In this document: positions 12,104 to 25,584 of the stretch, piece by piece
How positions within the stretch are numbered: the stretch's first letter is position 1
Layout: each line of letters starts with the position of its first letter
Translations under genes and position numbers: made by a program
Notes under the pieces: model-generated
The model's database searches: none
What the model was told of the DNA's origin: nothing
The model's input: only the letters and a program-made list of their open reading frames with translations
Source: Vicugna vicugna
Lineage: Eukaryota
Direction of reading: 5' to 3'
Assembly: GCA_013265495.1 (NCBI GenBank)
Contig: MU058384.1
Span: forward strand, 5,452,792 to 5,516,791
Length of the DNA: 64,000 nt

Positions 12104-12843
12104 GAAGGACAGAATTCATGACAGAGAGCAGCTAAAGGAAGAGAGAGTCCAAATGAGACCAAGGAGAAGATGGTTTTCAAAATGACCCTTCATTATTTCA
12201 GACCAATTCACGACTTCCTGATGAAGACACTTGTCTGCTCAGCAGTGCTGGTGTTTCTAAATCTTCCCATGACAGAATAACCATTGTCAACACTTGCCTC
12301 AGACACAGGAATTGGGAAAAACCACAGTAGGAAAGAGAGATAAGTGCATAAACAAGGTTATTGTGTTAGTGACAAAATTGGTCACCTCAGTTAACTGGCT
12401 GAATTGAAGGATTAAAAGAAAAAGGTATATGATGCCTTTGATGTAGTATTGGCTGAATAATCATTTAACAAATATAATTGGATGGTTGACTAAGTAAGAA
12501 AAGGGTCATCTTTGCTCTTTATACAGATATTTGACAGATATTTGGCTTGTCCCCAAGGAATTCTGATTTCTTCCTCCCCACACTATTTTGGTGCTTTGAA
12601 GCTTTAAAATCTTAAATAAATTTGATTCCTAGGATTAGCACATATTAGGATCACAAGGACAGAGGCTCTGAACCACCGAACAAAGGAGGGAGGGACATAG
12701 AACAGAATGGAAAGAATTAGAGAAATTTTCCACCAGTGGACTGGACACATCCTCATGCAAACAAAGCTTTTTAGGCTAAAGCTATATTTTATAAATATGT
12801 GATCAATCAATCACTTGATAAGCCCAGAGAGGATAAGCAAAAG

Positions 12844-12845
<2 letters not shown>

Positions 12846-12881
<36 letters not shown>

Positions 12882-12898
12882 TTTTTTTCTTTCTTTTT
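12846..12898. repeat. (TTTC)n-like simple repeat
   Basis: Directly visible. Confidence 0.9.
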
Positions 12899-13227
12899 AA
12901 TCCTCCACAATTCAGCATCACATGCCGAGCAGTTGAAGGGAAAAGCCTTTTGTCATTTCTGTTTCCAAATGTCTATTTCCTTTCTAGAGCCCCAGAAGTT
13001 CGAGCTGCTGTCAAAGGCAAGAGGCCAGTGTGTCAGCAGCTCTGATCCTGCATCCGCCCTCGTCCTAATCACATCCATCTGCCACTGCTTGCTGGCTGGC
13101 TCGGACAGGAGGTGCTGGGCTGGGATGTTGCAGGAAGAGCTGTCTTTTCAGCTCTGAAGCTGGCTCTGCAACATGCAGAAAAAGGCAGAGAGGCAAACAT
13201 AAGACCCTTGTGGTCTTTCTCCCTTTG

Positions 13228-13330
13228 CCATATAAGGGGGAGCCAAGTGACCAAGGTCCCCTGAGAGCACTTCTAAGTTATGTAAAGCTTGCTTCCTTCC
13301 CCCAAAACCTCTTTGAACCACTATTTTTAT
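13228..13330. promoter_or_regulatory. Candidate SRF/MEF2 element: CArG box plus near-consensus MEF2 site
   Basis: CCATATAAGG at 13228-13237 (perfect CC(A/T)6GG) and CTATTTTTAT at 13321-13330 in non-repeat DNA. Motif evidence only. Confidence 0.4.
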
Positions 13331-13529
13331 AATCATGATGCAAAATTGCTTAAGCTCTGTTGCTTAATATGAAGCATTCAAATAATGTCAAAGGTGGCCT
13401 TAAAACTCCAGCCATGGATTAACTGCCTTTTTCTCTAAAAGGAGGTGACCCATCTTCTCCATTTTCTTTTGTATTTGGCTTTCAACCACCAGGCCAGGAA
13501 TAGCCTGCAGCTTCCTTGTGGTTGATCAT

Positions 13530-13750
13530 ATGTTGCATGTTACATTGGTGCTTTGCAGTTTTCCAAGAGCTTTTACACAAGAATGATCTCATCAGGTCCT
13601 CAGATAACCCTGTGAGATGGGTAGGGTTGATGGATATTCTATCATCATTTATCATAGGAGGAAAGAAAAGTAAATAAGTTATGTAACATGGTAACATGGA
13701 CAGGGTCACTTTATATTTCAGTGGTGGAGTGAGATTCCAATAGAGTTATC
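13530..13750 (-). mobile_element. MIR-family SINE
   Basis: gctttgcagttttccaagagcttttacaca...atctcat...cctcagataaccctgtgag. Confidence 0.65.
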
Positions 13751-16164
13751 TCTCTGGAGGTTTTCTTTCTTTCTTTTTTTAAAATCAGTTTTATCACACC
13801 AAGCCACCTCTGTGAAGGAAAGGTGCATAACTTTTCCTAATTCAACGATTCATAATTCAGCTTCAACAGTTGCAAAATTATAGCCATAGTAGCTATGCTG
13901 CTAGATGACAATTTCTTCTGTATTTCCATATTGTTTTTTCCCCACCACTATTATCATTTTCCTCTGTATTCAGCATCCCCTATTTAACATGCATAAAAGT
14001 AACAACATTCTCTTCTATCTCTCCTACCTTCTTTTCTTTTTCCCTTGTTTTTCTCTCTCTCTCTCTTCTTTTTTCTCTCCCCATTTCTCTCTCTCGCTTT
14101 TTTTTTCTCCTTGATTGTGTGCTGAATGTAACTGGCCTATAAGAGAACAAAGTTTGAGATATTTCAGTTTCACCTAACCTCTTTGAATCTCTGTTGCTTT
14201 ATTTGTAAGATTTTTTCCCCTAAAATAATGATTGTTTTCTATAGAAGTGAAGAATAACAAAGGAAAAATATGGAATTTGTGCTCATCAAAAAAAAAGTAT
14301 GCAGAAGAAAATTTTGGAGAGCTACTTTGAAAGTTTTCTTATTTTAAGTTACAGATGAAGTGATCAAACCCATGTCCTCTGTCGACAAGTCGACTATTTA
14401 GTGATTTTATTTTAAAGTGATTTTCATTAACCTCACCAACAAGCCATTTCTCATATGAAATGCAAAGATTGGTTACCCAAAATTTGGGAAAGAAAAAAGT
14501 CAGAATCTTAACAAAATAATTGGCTCTTCACTGTTATTAATAGCTGATAATTTCTCACATTGATGGCAGTTTCAAAACTCAAAGCTAACAATCAACAAAA
14601 CAAACAACAAAGGAAAGAATAAAGAGATGGTCATTCTAGAATGCACTCTGTTTTTCTGGTTTTCTTTATTAAGCAAAGTGAGAGCAGGTGATGAGAGTGA
14701 TCAAGCACAGTCTGGAAATGAGCTATATTTAGATACTGTCTACAAAGGTTTTTCTTAGGATGAAGCCCTTATTTAACTTTAAATCCATGATTCTGTAGGC
14801 TTGTGTGCTCTGAACACAGCTGTGTAATTAGTAATCACCATTAATCATTTCTACTTCTGTACTGCTATCACCAACAAAATTATAGCAACCTATATTTTTA
14901 GTAAACTCTAATTGCAAGTTTAATTTGATATTTATCTATCACTTTAAGAAGCAGTTTGCTGAACTGATTATACAAATCTAAAATGATGTTTCTGAAGATA
15001 GAAATAAAACTTCCCATCAAGACTAAATAGGATTTTCAAAAGAAGGGTATCTGCCTCTTGGCAAAAAAGAAAAAAGAAAAAAAAAAAGAAAAAGAAAAAT
15101 CAGGCTTCCAGGTTTTTCCTATCGTTAATGTGAAAATGAGTATTCATGTGGGATGGGTTTAGACTACCTATTGGAAAATGTATATCAAGTAACAGATGTA
15201 TAATTTATGGAACTGATTGCTTTAAGCAGAGAAGCTTAAAAATGAGTTTTTGCAACTCAGGTTGTTCTCATAAGGCAAACATATGCTATTTACTCAGAAT
15301 TGAAACCTGCCAGGAAAACATACAACAAAAAGGAAAAGAAACTTAAATGTTTGAGAAGTAAAATGCTCTACCACTCTCAGAAATATTTCCTTGTCTCTGT
15401 AAGAAGGTGATTGTTTATATTGTTGGGAACTCCATTAGATAGCGAGACTTGAATAGCAGAGGTTCTCTCATGGGACCGGACATTTCCCGGGTGCTGAATT
15501 AGGACCTCTAAGCTTTCTGGAGTGGATGGGTGAATGGATGTACTAACTGGAGCTGAGAAACATTCTCTGAGCCAGCCTCAAGATGTGAAGGAAGTAAGAG
15601 CTTATTTCATTTATGAAATTGAATCATTCATAGACAAGGACAAAAGTCTAACAATGAAGATGAATAATATAGAATTTTCACTGTCATTTATATTATATCT
15701 GGAAGAAATGGATTATAAGAGCCAAGTCACATGCTGTCAGCCACCGGAGGTGTGCAAGGAAATCCCACGAAGGCTCCTGCAAAAAATGTCCTGCAGTGGA
15801 ATCTGAGAGCCAGTAGCCCAAATGTGCCTTGAATGTTCCTAACTGGGAGCAGGAGGACCAGGGGACCAGTCTCTAAAGTAGCTAAAGCACTTCAATCACA
15901 TGCAGGAACTGGTGATTTGAAAAAACAAACAACCAAAAGGAGTACAGGTAAATGTCACAGCAAATCAAGTTGAACATGATAAGCCAAACTCTCTACTCCT
16001 ATAAGAACAAGGAGTTCCAAGGAGAGATATGCTCAACTTTTCAGATGTTCTACAAACAAAGAGCAATGCATCCTTCACTAGCATCTTATTTCCAGGGTTT
16101 TGTTTTGTTCTTTTTTGTTTATGTTCATTTCAATGTCTTCTTTGGAAGAGATAGATTTTCTCCA

Positions 16165-16640
16165 ATTTAAAACTAAAAGAGGAATGGCCATCAAGAGTAG
16201 AATGGATAACATACAGTAGAATTTTATGTATTAAATTATCTACTAGTTACAAGCAGCAGCAACTTGCATGAATCTTAAAAACAGAATGTTGAGAAAAAAG
16301 CAAGTCTCAGAAGAATATGTTTAATATGATTCCATCTATACAAAGGTCAAAAGTAAGTCAAATTAAATAATATATTTGTAGAGATTCACATGTAGGTGGT
16401 AAAACTGTAAAGGATGGCAAGGAACAGCTAACATAAAATTCAGGATGATTGCCTCCTGGAAGGGGCAATAAGAGGGGGAAATGTGATCAAGGAGGGCATG
16501 GCAGCGGGGGAGACGCAAGTATGGACAATATTCTATTATTACTTATGCCGGTGACACGTGCCTGAGTGTTCACTTTATTATTATTCTTTAAATCGAGCAT
16601 GAATGTTATCATATACTCTTCTAAATGTGTGATTTATAAA
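16165..16640 (+). mobile_element. Old L1ME-like 3' end
   Basis: ccatcaagagtagaatggataa...catgaatcttaaaaacagaatgttgagaaaaaagcaagtc...atgattccat...ggtggtaaaact. Confidence 0.8.
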
Positions 16641-17463
16641 TTTGATTTTTTTCCCAAAAGAGATGGGTTGATTTTTATTCTTTCATTTCATTTCTGGAAA
16701 TTCTAACATTCTTATCTTCTGAAGGTAGCCTTCACCCAGAGAAAGCTATGAAAACACTCAAGAGGCAGAGTTTCTACCGTAAAGCAAAAATAAACAAATA
16801 AAATAAAAATCAGGGGGAAAAAAAAAATCCCTGGTTGAATGAGTTTTTTAAAAGCTAGCATCCATATGTACTGCCTGCCGTGGCCTGACACTCCAGGCAT
16901 TTACCAGTGGGACCCAACCTTTCAAAACAAGTATTTCCCAGAACTTCCCTGTGAAGCCTCTTTCCTTGTTAAACGTGATTCCCTGGGCAAGCCTTACATT
17001 TTCCACCCTTGTGCTTTGATTCTCTCATTCCAGTTCCCTGCAGTTCCCACCCTCTTGATGACTGACCATCATAGTCTGACCTCTTCTGGGAAACCACCAT
17101 GATAACCTCAGAACCTCTCTCTGAAGTGCTCTGGCCTTTTCCTGAACTCTTCAACAATTGCCTGTTTAATTTTTGTAGCAGTTAATCTTGTGTGCCTGGT
17201 AACACCTGCATTTTTACCAACCAGATTTCTCTTCCCACTATGCGCAGAGCTGGACTGTATTTCCTGTCCTCCTTTGCAGGAAGCCGCAGCCCCATGATTG
17301 AATCCTGCCCGAGAAAATGCAGATGCCAGGCGCATGGGCCTTCTCCAGGCCTGGTTCTAACACCTGCCGCAAAATCTTCCACACCCTCTTTCTTCTCTCC
17401 TCCCTGGTTGCTTCAGGATCCTGGGGAAGCACTTCAAAGCTCTAGGGAATTAGGAACTCATAT

Positions 17464-17630
17464 TAGGGGGTCAGCAAACTTTTTCTGTAAAGGGTCAGAT
17501 AATAAATATTTTAGGGCTTTGGGGATATAGAAGGTTTTTGTTACTACTGTGGCTTCCTCTACCATCCTTTAATTCTGGCTTCTAGAACTGGGCTGGATTT
17601 GACCTGTGGGCTGTAGTTTGTCGACCCCTT
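17464..17630. mobile_element. MER58-type hAT MITE
   Basis: Terminal inverted repeats ggggtcagcaaact...agtttgtcgacccct, with ttttctgtaaagggtcagataataaatattttag. Confidence 0.85.
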
Positions 17631-20584
17631 CACAGAAGAAAAGATCTTAAATTTCAGAAGGTCTATATAAAGCAGAGCCTCCTTCCTCCACTGCCTCTCC
17701 TCCTCCCATTACTGCATGTGACTCACTTGGATTATGATGGGAATGATCATTTTTACTGTGTTTTATTTTTTCTGAACTCTAGCTCTGGGAACTTCTGTGG
17801 TCAAATGCAAGAAAGAAATAACTATTTGGGGACTTTGAGCCAAGTACAGTTCCAGTTTCAAGAAGTTGGGATCCATTCACCCCAATTACTCTTCTTTACT
17901 CTAAGATGTTGCTTATACTAGAAATATCTTGTTTGCTACCCTACTTTGTTTAGTCCTTGTCTCAGAAACCAACATGATCAAACCAACCTGCCCAGGCCAG
18001 AACAGCTCCCTTTAAAATCACAGCTTTAAAATCCAGCAGGAGAAATCCCCAAGTTGGAGGGGAATCAAGAGGAGAATCTGGAAGAGTAAACAAAGAAAGA
18101 TGTGTGCTTCACTATGTCTGTTGAATCTGCAAAGCATATGGAAACTTCAGGTGCCTCTGACTCATAATATGAATGTTTTCCCTAAGACCCACCATCTCCT
18201 TCCCTCTCTTCCCCACTTTTCTGAAATAACCCATATCCGTGAAGTGTCTTCTTTTTTTTGTATTCTCAGTCTCTGCGGATGCACAGAACTCACTAGAGTC
18301 GGCATGCCCAGGCAGCCTTTGGTAGCAAGTCAGAGTGGCGTGATGAAAGATTTGAGAAGAAAAGCGCCCCACCGCAGCCTGGTTCACTCAGACACCTTGC
18401 CAAGATGCTGCTGCTCTCCTGTGAAGAAAGCACTCCTTCACCTGTACCAACAAGTTGTTCCCCCGAAGACAGCAGATTGCATTTGTTTTGACACTGGGTA
18501 AGTCGCTATTCTCTTTTCTATGCTGACATTTGTTCTGTTCCTTGAAGCTGCAAACTACCTCAAGGGCAAGTGTTTTTTTTCTGATACGCACACTGTCGTC
18601 ACTTACTTGCTGATGTGCACAACTTGAGGCATGGAAGGAATAGCAAAACCAAGCAACAAGCCCACAGACTCTTGTACCTGACCTTGTAATGCACTTCCAG
18701 AACCAAAGGAAGGAGGTGTCTTTTTGATTGTGATATGAGAAGTAGAAAACTGATCATTCCCTACAGTTGGCTTAGTCAAAGGAAGTTCAAAGCCTTCTCT
18801 ATGTCCTGGCTTCCTGCCTTCCTATCTCTGAAATTGTATTTTACACACATTCTTTCACTGGAGCAGGGTTTAGAGTAGAACTTAGCTCTCAGTAACTATA
18901 AACAATGGACTCTGAACAATTATTTATATGTGTGCTTTGGATGTACCATTCGCTATTAATGATTTGATGCACCAGCTTTAATAAAATATACATAGCTCAT
19001 TTGTTAACTCTTCCATTGAACCAGCATTTCACTCAGACTTACGAAAATCGTCATCATAGGCTTTAAGAAACTACAGAAAACCCAACTGAGTAAAAACTGA
19101 CTTCCTTTCTGGCTTTCCTGGTAGATCTCACTTGGTAGCTGTAGCCGTCATGGTGCTGTCCCCTGGGTGAGGACACTGGATGCCCCATACTTATGTCTAC
19201 TGCATCCAGGAAACAGAAGTAGAGGTGGGGCCGGACGGGAGAGAGATGACTGACTTTTGCACCCCATCAACAAATGAACACTGGTCAACTTTGTTTAGGC
19301 TAGTCTAGAAGGACCCAAAGGAATAGAATAGAATTAACTTTGTGTTGGGTCTCCTAGTGTCTTTCTTCTAATATAGTCATTTAAAATATAACTCAATATA
19401 AAAGCACAACTCTCCTGTAAGTTTTTTTTAAATCTTTATTTCATGGGAGGTTTTTATGTTAATTTGATTAATTTTTAAAGGATTTGTTGTATTCCCCATC
19501 CCGAAAATTGGATGAAAAGATGAGCAGTTTAAAATTTTGAGTATCTTAAGAGCAATGTTGACCCTCATTAAATTTTGTTTGAGAAAACTGGTGGAAAGTT
19601 ACCATGAAGCAATCATATTCTTAGAAAGCTTCTTATTCAAGATTCATTTGGGTCAATTCTGAGGTTATTCTGGGAGCTGGATACATTTGTTCTCTCTCTG
19701 AATCACAGTTTCTGACATGTTATTTTACAAGTTCTTGGTCTTTTTCTAAAAACTGACAGGCATATGGGAAAGTTAATTCAGCGAGTAAAATATGCTTATA
19801 TCTGCAAACAACAGGGATAAAAAAAGGTGCTCCATTTTTACTGCAAATCTTCCTAATAGTGTTAAAAATGCAAACCGAAATTTGGCATAGAGAAGGTGCA
19901 AAAGACTTTGGCCTTTAAATCTTCTCTGCAGGTTTTCATCATCATACAATGTTTTCAATTTTCCTCCAGATGAAACAATATAGAGCCCAGCTTTAGATCA
20001 GTGTATCCTATACTACAGAATTTTAAAAAGGAAAGAAGTTTCCTAGAACAATGTGGCTTCTGTGAAATATAGCTATATTTCATCAAAATGACTATTTCTC
20101 CATTATTTCTAACTAACTGAAAAAGAACTTCGAGGATGATTTTCTTACAAATGATACTAATATCTTTTTAAATGCCTACATGCAAATCAGATTTGATATC
20201 TTTTAAGGAGACATGAGTAGGACTTACCTAGTCACTAATAATTTCTCTGTTTTTCTATAATTCTTTGTAATGATATTTCAGTTATGTTGAGGAAGTGGCT
20301 GTCAAGCTATACAAATAGCCTCCTAGTTCATAAAACAATATACCATCTTCACACTTAAGATGAGTACTACTTTTTAGAACATGAAAAATTCCATTCCTAT
20401 TTCACCTGTCCATAACTTTTCAGAAAATTAACTGCTTGAAGCTCAAACTCAGGTAAATAATTTGTGAAGTAAAAGATAAATTCATGGAAAGAAGGAAATC
20501 CTTTGTGCTGACAGACTCTGCTGTGAGCAGTGGAGGGGTAGGGGCAGCTCTTTCCTTTGGGATTTTGGTTTCTTTTCCTTGGAA

Positions 20585-20840
20585 TCCTCTTTCTCCATCT
20601 TTGCATGGCTGCCTCCATCTTGTCTTAGCATTTTAGCTTACAGGTCACCCTGCAGTGATCTTTCTGGTCACCCAATCTAAATAGGTGCCCTATCATATGC
20701 TTGTCCACAAGGCACTTATCACTAACTGATATTCTTGGGTTTTGTTTAATGTCAATCTCCTTGCACTTGGAGGGCGTGAACTTTCTCATACTCTTGCTGT
20801 AATCCCAGTATCCAGATCACCTGCCTTGGCAGGTGTTGAA
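20585..20840 (+). mobile_element. L2 3' fragment
   Basis: catggctgcctcc...caggtcacc...gcacttatcact...gctgtaatcccagt. Confidence 0.6.
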
Positions 20841-20841
20841 C

Positions 20842-21210
20842 TGCTATGGGTTAAACTGTATCACCCTACTCCCCAAAGATATGTTGATATCCTAACCCTT
20901 AACATTTCAGAATGACCTTATTTGGAATCCAGCTGTTGCAGATGTAATTAGTTAAGATGAGATCATATGGAATAGGATGGGCCCTTAATCCAAAGAGACT
21001 ACCCTTCTAGCAGAAAAGCAACACGTACACACAGAACGTGGTGTGCAGACACAGACACTTGGGGAAGATGATGATGTAAAGACAGAAGCAGAGATTGGAG
21101 TTATGCTGCTACAACCCAAGGGGTGACTGAGGCCACCAAAAGCTAGAAGAGGTGAGGAAAAATCCTTTAAAGACTTCAGAAAGAACAGGGTGCTGCCAAC
21201 ACCTCAATTC
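20842..21210 (+). mobile_element. MaLR LTR (MLT1B/C-like), 3'-truncated
   Basis: tgctatgggttaaactgt...gaccttatttggaa...gcagatgtaattagttaagatgag...gcagagattggagttatgc...gctagaagagg. Confidence 0.9.
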
Positions 21211-21495
21211 TCTATTCAGTGCTGAGAACTGACATTACACCCCCTCAACCAATGGCCAAGTACATGCCTTAAAAAATGATACTAAAGAAAAATTGGATTT
21301 TTGCAATAAAAACCTGCTGTATAGCAAATGGGCTGAAACATATCCTATTGCAGCTCTCTGGTCTGGCTTGAAATAATACTGCTATAGTTTTATCAAAAAT
21401 ACTCGTAGGAAGGAAGACTTTTACCATAACTTTATATTAATGTAAATTGACATGTTTCAGCTTAGCACCATTTAATAATTTAAAAATGCATTATT

Positions 21496-21590
21496 GGGGG
21501 GTTGGGGTATAGCGCAGTGGTAGAGCATGTGCTTAGTATGCATGAGGTCCTGGATTCAATCCCCAGTACCTTCATTAAAAAAATTTTTTT
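21496..21590 (+). mobile_element. tRNA-Ala-derived SINE (vic-1 type), short form
   Basis: ggggtatagcgcagtggtagagcatgtgcttagtatgcatgaggtcctggattcaatccccagtacc. Flanks aatgcattat / aatgaattat. Confidence 0.9.
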
Positions 21591-23226
21591 TAATGAATTA
21601 TATATTTTTTTCTTTTCTGCAATAGGAGCATACCTTTAGGGCATAGAATGGAATCAGATAGTTGAACTGAAGCCAACTCCAGTTTTTTAAGGAAAAGTTT
21701 TCAAGACACTTTTAGGTGGGCAGATTCAAAGACAGGATGAATCAGTCTCAAAATGATGAAGAAAATATTCTGAGTTATTAATTCCCAAGGTCTACATGAC
21801 CAGAATAGTAACAGCTCAGAAACACAGATTCAAAATTTATCCATTGTTAAAAACTGATTTGTAGTGATTCTTTTTTTAAAAAAATCTGAAATCACTTGAA
21901 AAACCAATCATATATATGTGTGTACATATGTGTGTATATATGCACACACACGTGTGCATTCGTGTGTGCTCAAAATCATTAGCACTTGGGAACTGAAAAT
22001 TTTTATGAACTCCCTAGCAAGTCTACTGCAGCAAGTCACTCCATTGATACCAAGTATGTCTTCATAAATCAGTGGAAAGAATCTTCATTCATTCCTTGGT
22101 GTCGTAAGGGCAATTTCTTTCATAAGCATATTATCTTATAATTACAGTTTTCTCTCTGTCTCATCTGGACACAATACATAGAATTAAGTAAAAAGAAGCA
22201 AATGGATGTACTGAAAACAAAGATCAGACTTTGCAGAGAGTCACGTGCAGGGTCTGAGAGCATTTCCTGTCTCGTAGGAAGCATTCACATCATGACTTGT
22301 CATCTATACTGTCTGGCCCAGTGTCTCCTAACTTCCTGGAATAAAACCAAACTAAGCAAAACAATAAAAATGACAGTTTTTCTGTGTTTTGGAATTCCAG
22401 ACTCTTATTACTGGAATGCTAAATCTTTCAACCCTACTGGCTATTGCGCCTTCCAAAATTAACAGTGGTTTTTAATGGTTTTGTTTTTTTAAGTATAATG
22501 CTTTTATATACATCCCATGAATTATAACATCTCACTTTAAATGTTATTCTAAAATTCTGCTAATCCTGTTTCAAGGACAAAGTATGAGCTTATTATCCTG
22601 ATTAATTTTTTTTTTCACTTCTGTAAATAGCTTGAATAAAACTCATTCTCCCTTAAATATTAAGTGGGTTTTTAAATGCAGGCAAATGACAAGCATGTGA
22701 GTACTACAAAAACAATCCTGAGTTTATTCTGTGAATTCAGCGTTCTTGCCCTCTACACGTACTTGTTGGTTCAGTGGTTTCCAAAGCTGATACTTTTCAA
22801 CTTTGCCTTTATAAGAAACCATCTCCTATGGAAACAGGGTTATATTTTATCAGCACAATCACCCCTAACTACATCGCCATCACCACTTTTCAATTTGTAG
22901 AAAATTCAGCATGGTCTGCCAAGTTGGCTAAATGTCAAAAGTGCATAGATTGTTTTAATGAGAATGACGTCTTCCGTTGTGAATGAATTTCAGGGACTCG
23001 TGTCAGGTATGGGGAGAGCATCCGTGCCATAAGTTTTCACCTCACAGGTTAGGAAGATGGTATAAGTACAGAAGCTTGAATAAATCAACAAAAACCTCTG
23101 CTTTTCAAACCAAGTTGGGAGTCCTGCTTTTAGGGGACCTTGGAAATGTGCAACCATGAGTGAGGTGTCCCTGGAGTAAAGAGATGAGCGGGAGCTGCGG
23201 GATGGGGTGAAGTGAGTGTGGGTGAA

Positions 23227-23250
23227 TGTGTGTGTGTGTGTGTGTGTGTG
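23227..23250. repeat. (TG)n microsatellite
   Basis: About 12 TG units, directly visible. Confidence 0.95.
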
Positions 23251-23684
23251 ATGAAGAGATGCTAGCGCATGATTCAATGTCTATTTTTCAAACAAACTCA
23301 GATTATGAAAGTAAATGCAAAATTTTCATAAAATTTTAGGACAAAAAATAGTCTTAAGAATCATAAGTTATTTTCTGTTTGGAGCAAGCATTCATAGAGA
23401 GGACAAATTCATTCAGCCCAGGAGAAATGTTCCAGATTCACCTAATCCAGTGTCTTTATTACACTGGTAAGGAGATAGAAGTAACTTACCAAGCCACTAG
23501 AATCCAGATTTTCTGACTGTCAAACTTTAGCTCTGATTCATAGCTCTTTGAGGCAAAAGGAAATGCAGGATTAACATCTGTTGAATTTTACCCATGGGCC
23601 AGACACGGTGACAGCTGCCAGGCACTGTCATCTTCTCAAGGAGTGGTGAAGGGTAGGCTCCCAGTTAGATTTCCTCAGTGGGAA

Positions 23685-23870
23685 ACTGGTTCCACCTCTT
23701 ATTACCTGTACGGCCTTGGACAGATCACTTAAGTTCTCTGATTCCTAGTTTCTTCATGTATAAAATGAGGTTTATAAATGAACCTTCCTTACTGATGAAG
23801 ATTAATGAGATATCTTTATAAAATGCTAAATAGTGCTTGGCACATAAATGTTGGCTCAATGAATACTGAA
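23685..23870 (+). mobile_element. MIR SINE
   Basis: ccttggacagatcacttaagttctctgattcctagtttcttcatgtataaaatgagg...agtgcttggcacata. Confidence 0.85.
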
Positions 23871-23929
23871 TTAAAAAAAGAGGAAAAAAACTTTGCATGT
23901 CATAGGGGTGGGGAGAATAAAGTGGGAGT

Positions 23930-24060
23930 AGATTCTATGCCGATTTTACAAATGAGGAAAATTATGGTTGGGTAAAATTCAGTAATTTGCCAACAAGTCA
24001 CAAAACCAGAATGAGAAGTTGAAATCAAACTTCAGGTTGTGTCTGCTGTACCACAACACT
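23930..24060 (-). mobile_element. MIR SINE
   Basis: ccgattttacaaatgaggaaa...gtaatttgcc...gtcaca. Confidence 0.6.
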
Positions 24061-24519
24061 GTCCTATAAGAGGATCAGGGAGCTCGAAAGAACTCTAGGA
24101 ATATTTGCTTGGAGAGCTGACTGCTCTGCTCATTCTGAGCTCTGAAAGCCTTCTGGCAGCTTCCCAGCAATTCTAAAAATCTATGAAGCTCTGAACAGGG
24201 CACTGCCCAGGTGGCAGAAGCCAGTGAGACTATTCAGGTAATGTACAAATATCACTCTAGGTTAAAGTCTGGAATGTAACCTTGACTTCCTTTAGCTAAA
24301 GACCAGTTGGTTCTCAAGAACAGGTGCTGTGTGTCCTCTGTCTGCACAGACAACTTACCCCATGCTCAGTGCTGTAAGAGCTTGCTTTCTGTTGGCTCTG
24401 TCAATGACGTGACCTTAGGCAGGTCACTTACCTCTTCAAGAATGGATTAGGACAGAGCCTCAGGATACAAATGTCAACCAAGTAATTCAAATTCTTACAG
24501 AGTGAGATCCTGAAATATC

Positions 24520-24870
24520 TAATTTTTATGTAAACTTTTCACTTAAGCAACACTTACATCAGAAAAAAAAAAGTATAAATCCTGTAAGTGTACAGATCTA
24601 TTAATTTTCACAAAGTGAGCACAGTCTCAAATCAAGTAATGGAGCAATCTAGTTCAGAAGACACCTCTTTGGGCCCCCAATTTGTCACCTTTCCCAAGAT
24701 AACCACTACATTCTGACTTCTAACACCATAGCTTACCTTTGAAATTTATATAAATGGAACCACACCGTGTGTGTTCTTTTGTATCTGGCTTCTCTTACTC
24801 AATAAAATCTTTGTGAGATTCATCCATGTTATTGCACATAGTTATAATTTGCTTCTTTTCCTTGTTACAG
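24520..24870 (-). mobile_element. Old L1M 3' region, left part (continues at 26105-26265)
   Basis: ttttcacaaagtgagcac...aaccact...ctgacttctaacaccatag...tatataaatggaa...ttcttttgtatctggcttct...tgtgagattcatccatgtt. Confidence 0.85.
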
Positions 24871-24933
24871 CAGGGGATCAACTTCCTGTTTTGTAAATAA
24901 AGTTTTATTGAAGCACTGCCAAGCTAATTATTT
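24871..24933. mobile_element. MER58A left part (split by insertion)
   Basis: caggggatca...cctgttttgtaaataaagttttattgaagcactgcca, matching the MER58A interior. Confidence 0.75.
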
Positions 24934-24967
24934 GTTTCTTTCTCTTTCTCTCTCTTTTTTCTCTTTT

Positions 24968-25453
24968 GATAGCTCAGCAGTGGTAAAGTTTTATTATGAT
25001 TTTTTTGAGCAAATATTAAGATGAGAATGGAGTAAAACTTTATAAATGTTTTCCATGTAATGAATATTCTCAATTGAATCACATGCTATCAGCATTTGAC
25101 AATACCTATCTGTGTGAAAAGACAGATGAGAAGTATAAACGCTCCTTACAGATCAACATTAACAGATGGACATTTACAACTGACTTTGACAATACTTTGG
25201 AACCCCAATGAAGGAAAATGTATACTCCCCAAAAGAATTTCTTTCTTCATATTAGTAGATCCATGTTATCAAAAATTGTATTCAATTATTATTACTTTGT
25301 TTTGAATGTCATCAATTTAAAAAAATTGTGAAAATTATTTGCTCTCTTGTTAGGTACGTACTTACGTAATGCCTCAATTTTGCTTTTTTTTTTTCCCATA
25401 AAGCCTAAATATTTACTGTATAATCTTTTACAGAACATGTTTGCTGATCTCTG
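24968..25453 (+). mobile_element. Cheshire-like (hAT-Charlie) transposase 3' end and right terminus, inside the retrocopy
   Basis: Remnant peptides SAFDNTYLCEKT (from 25089) and YRSTLTDGHLQ of the hAT dimerisation region. Terminus aagcctaaatatttact...tttacagaacatgtttgctgatctctg. Confidence 0.8.
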
Positions 25454-25584
25454 CTCTCGATAGCGCCCAGTACTAAAACTGAAAGTATACCCAATAATTT
25501 CTTTTGCTTGTTTTGGAGTCTTGGATAATTTTTTCCAGTAGAAATAAACACACATCTTTTCTTGTATGAAGATTCTATTCTATA

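Noticed and set aside
14381..14394. Twin GTCGAC palindromes
   Set aside because: Too short to interpret and no supporting context.
25096..25305. ORF with transposase-like YRSTLTDGHLQ as a domesticated gene
   Set aside because: Frameshifted, truncated hAT remnant with no intact reading frame.
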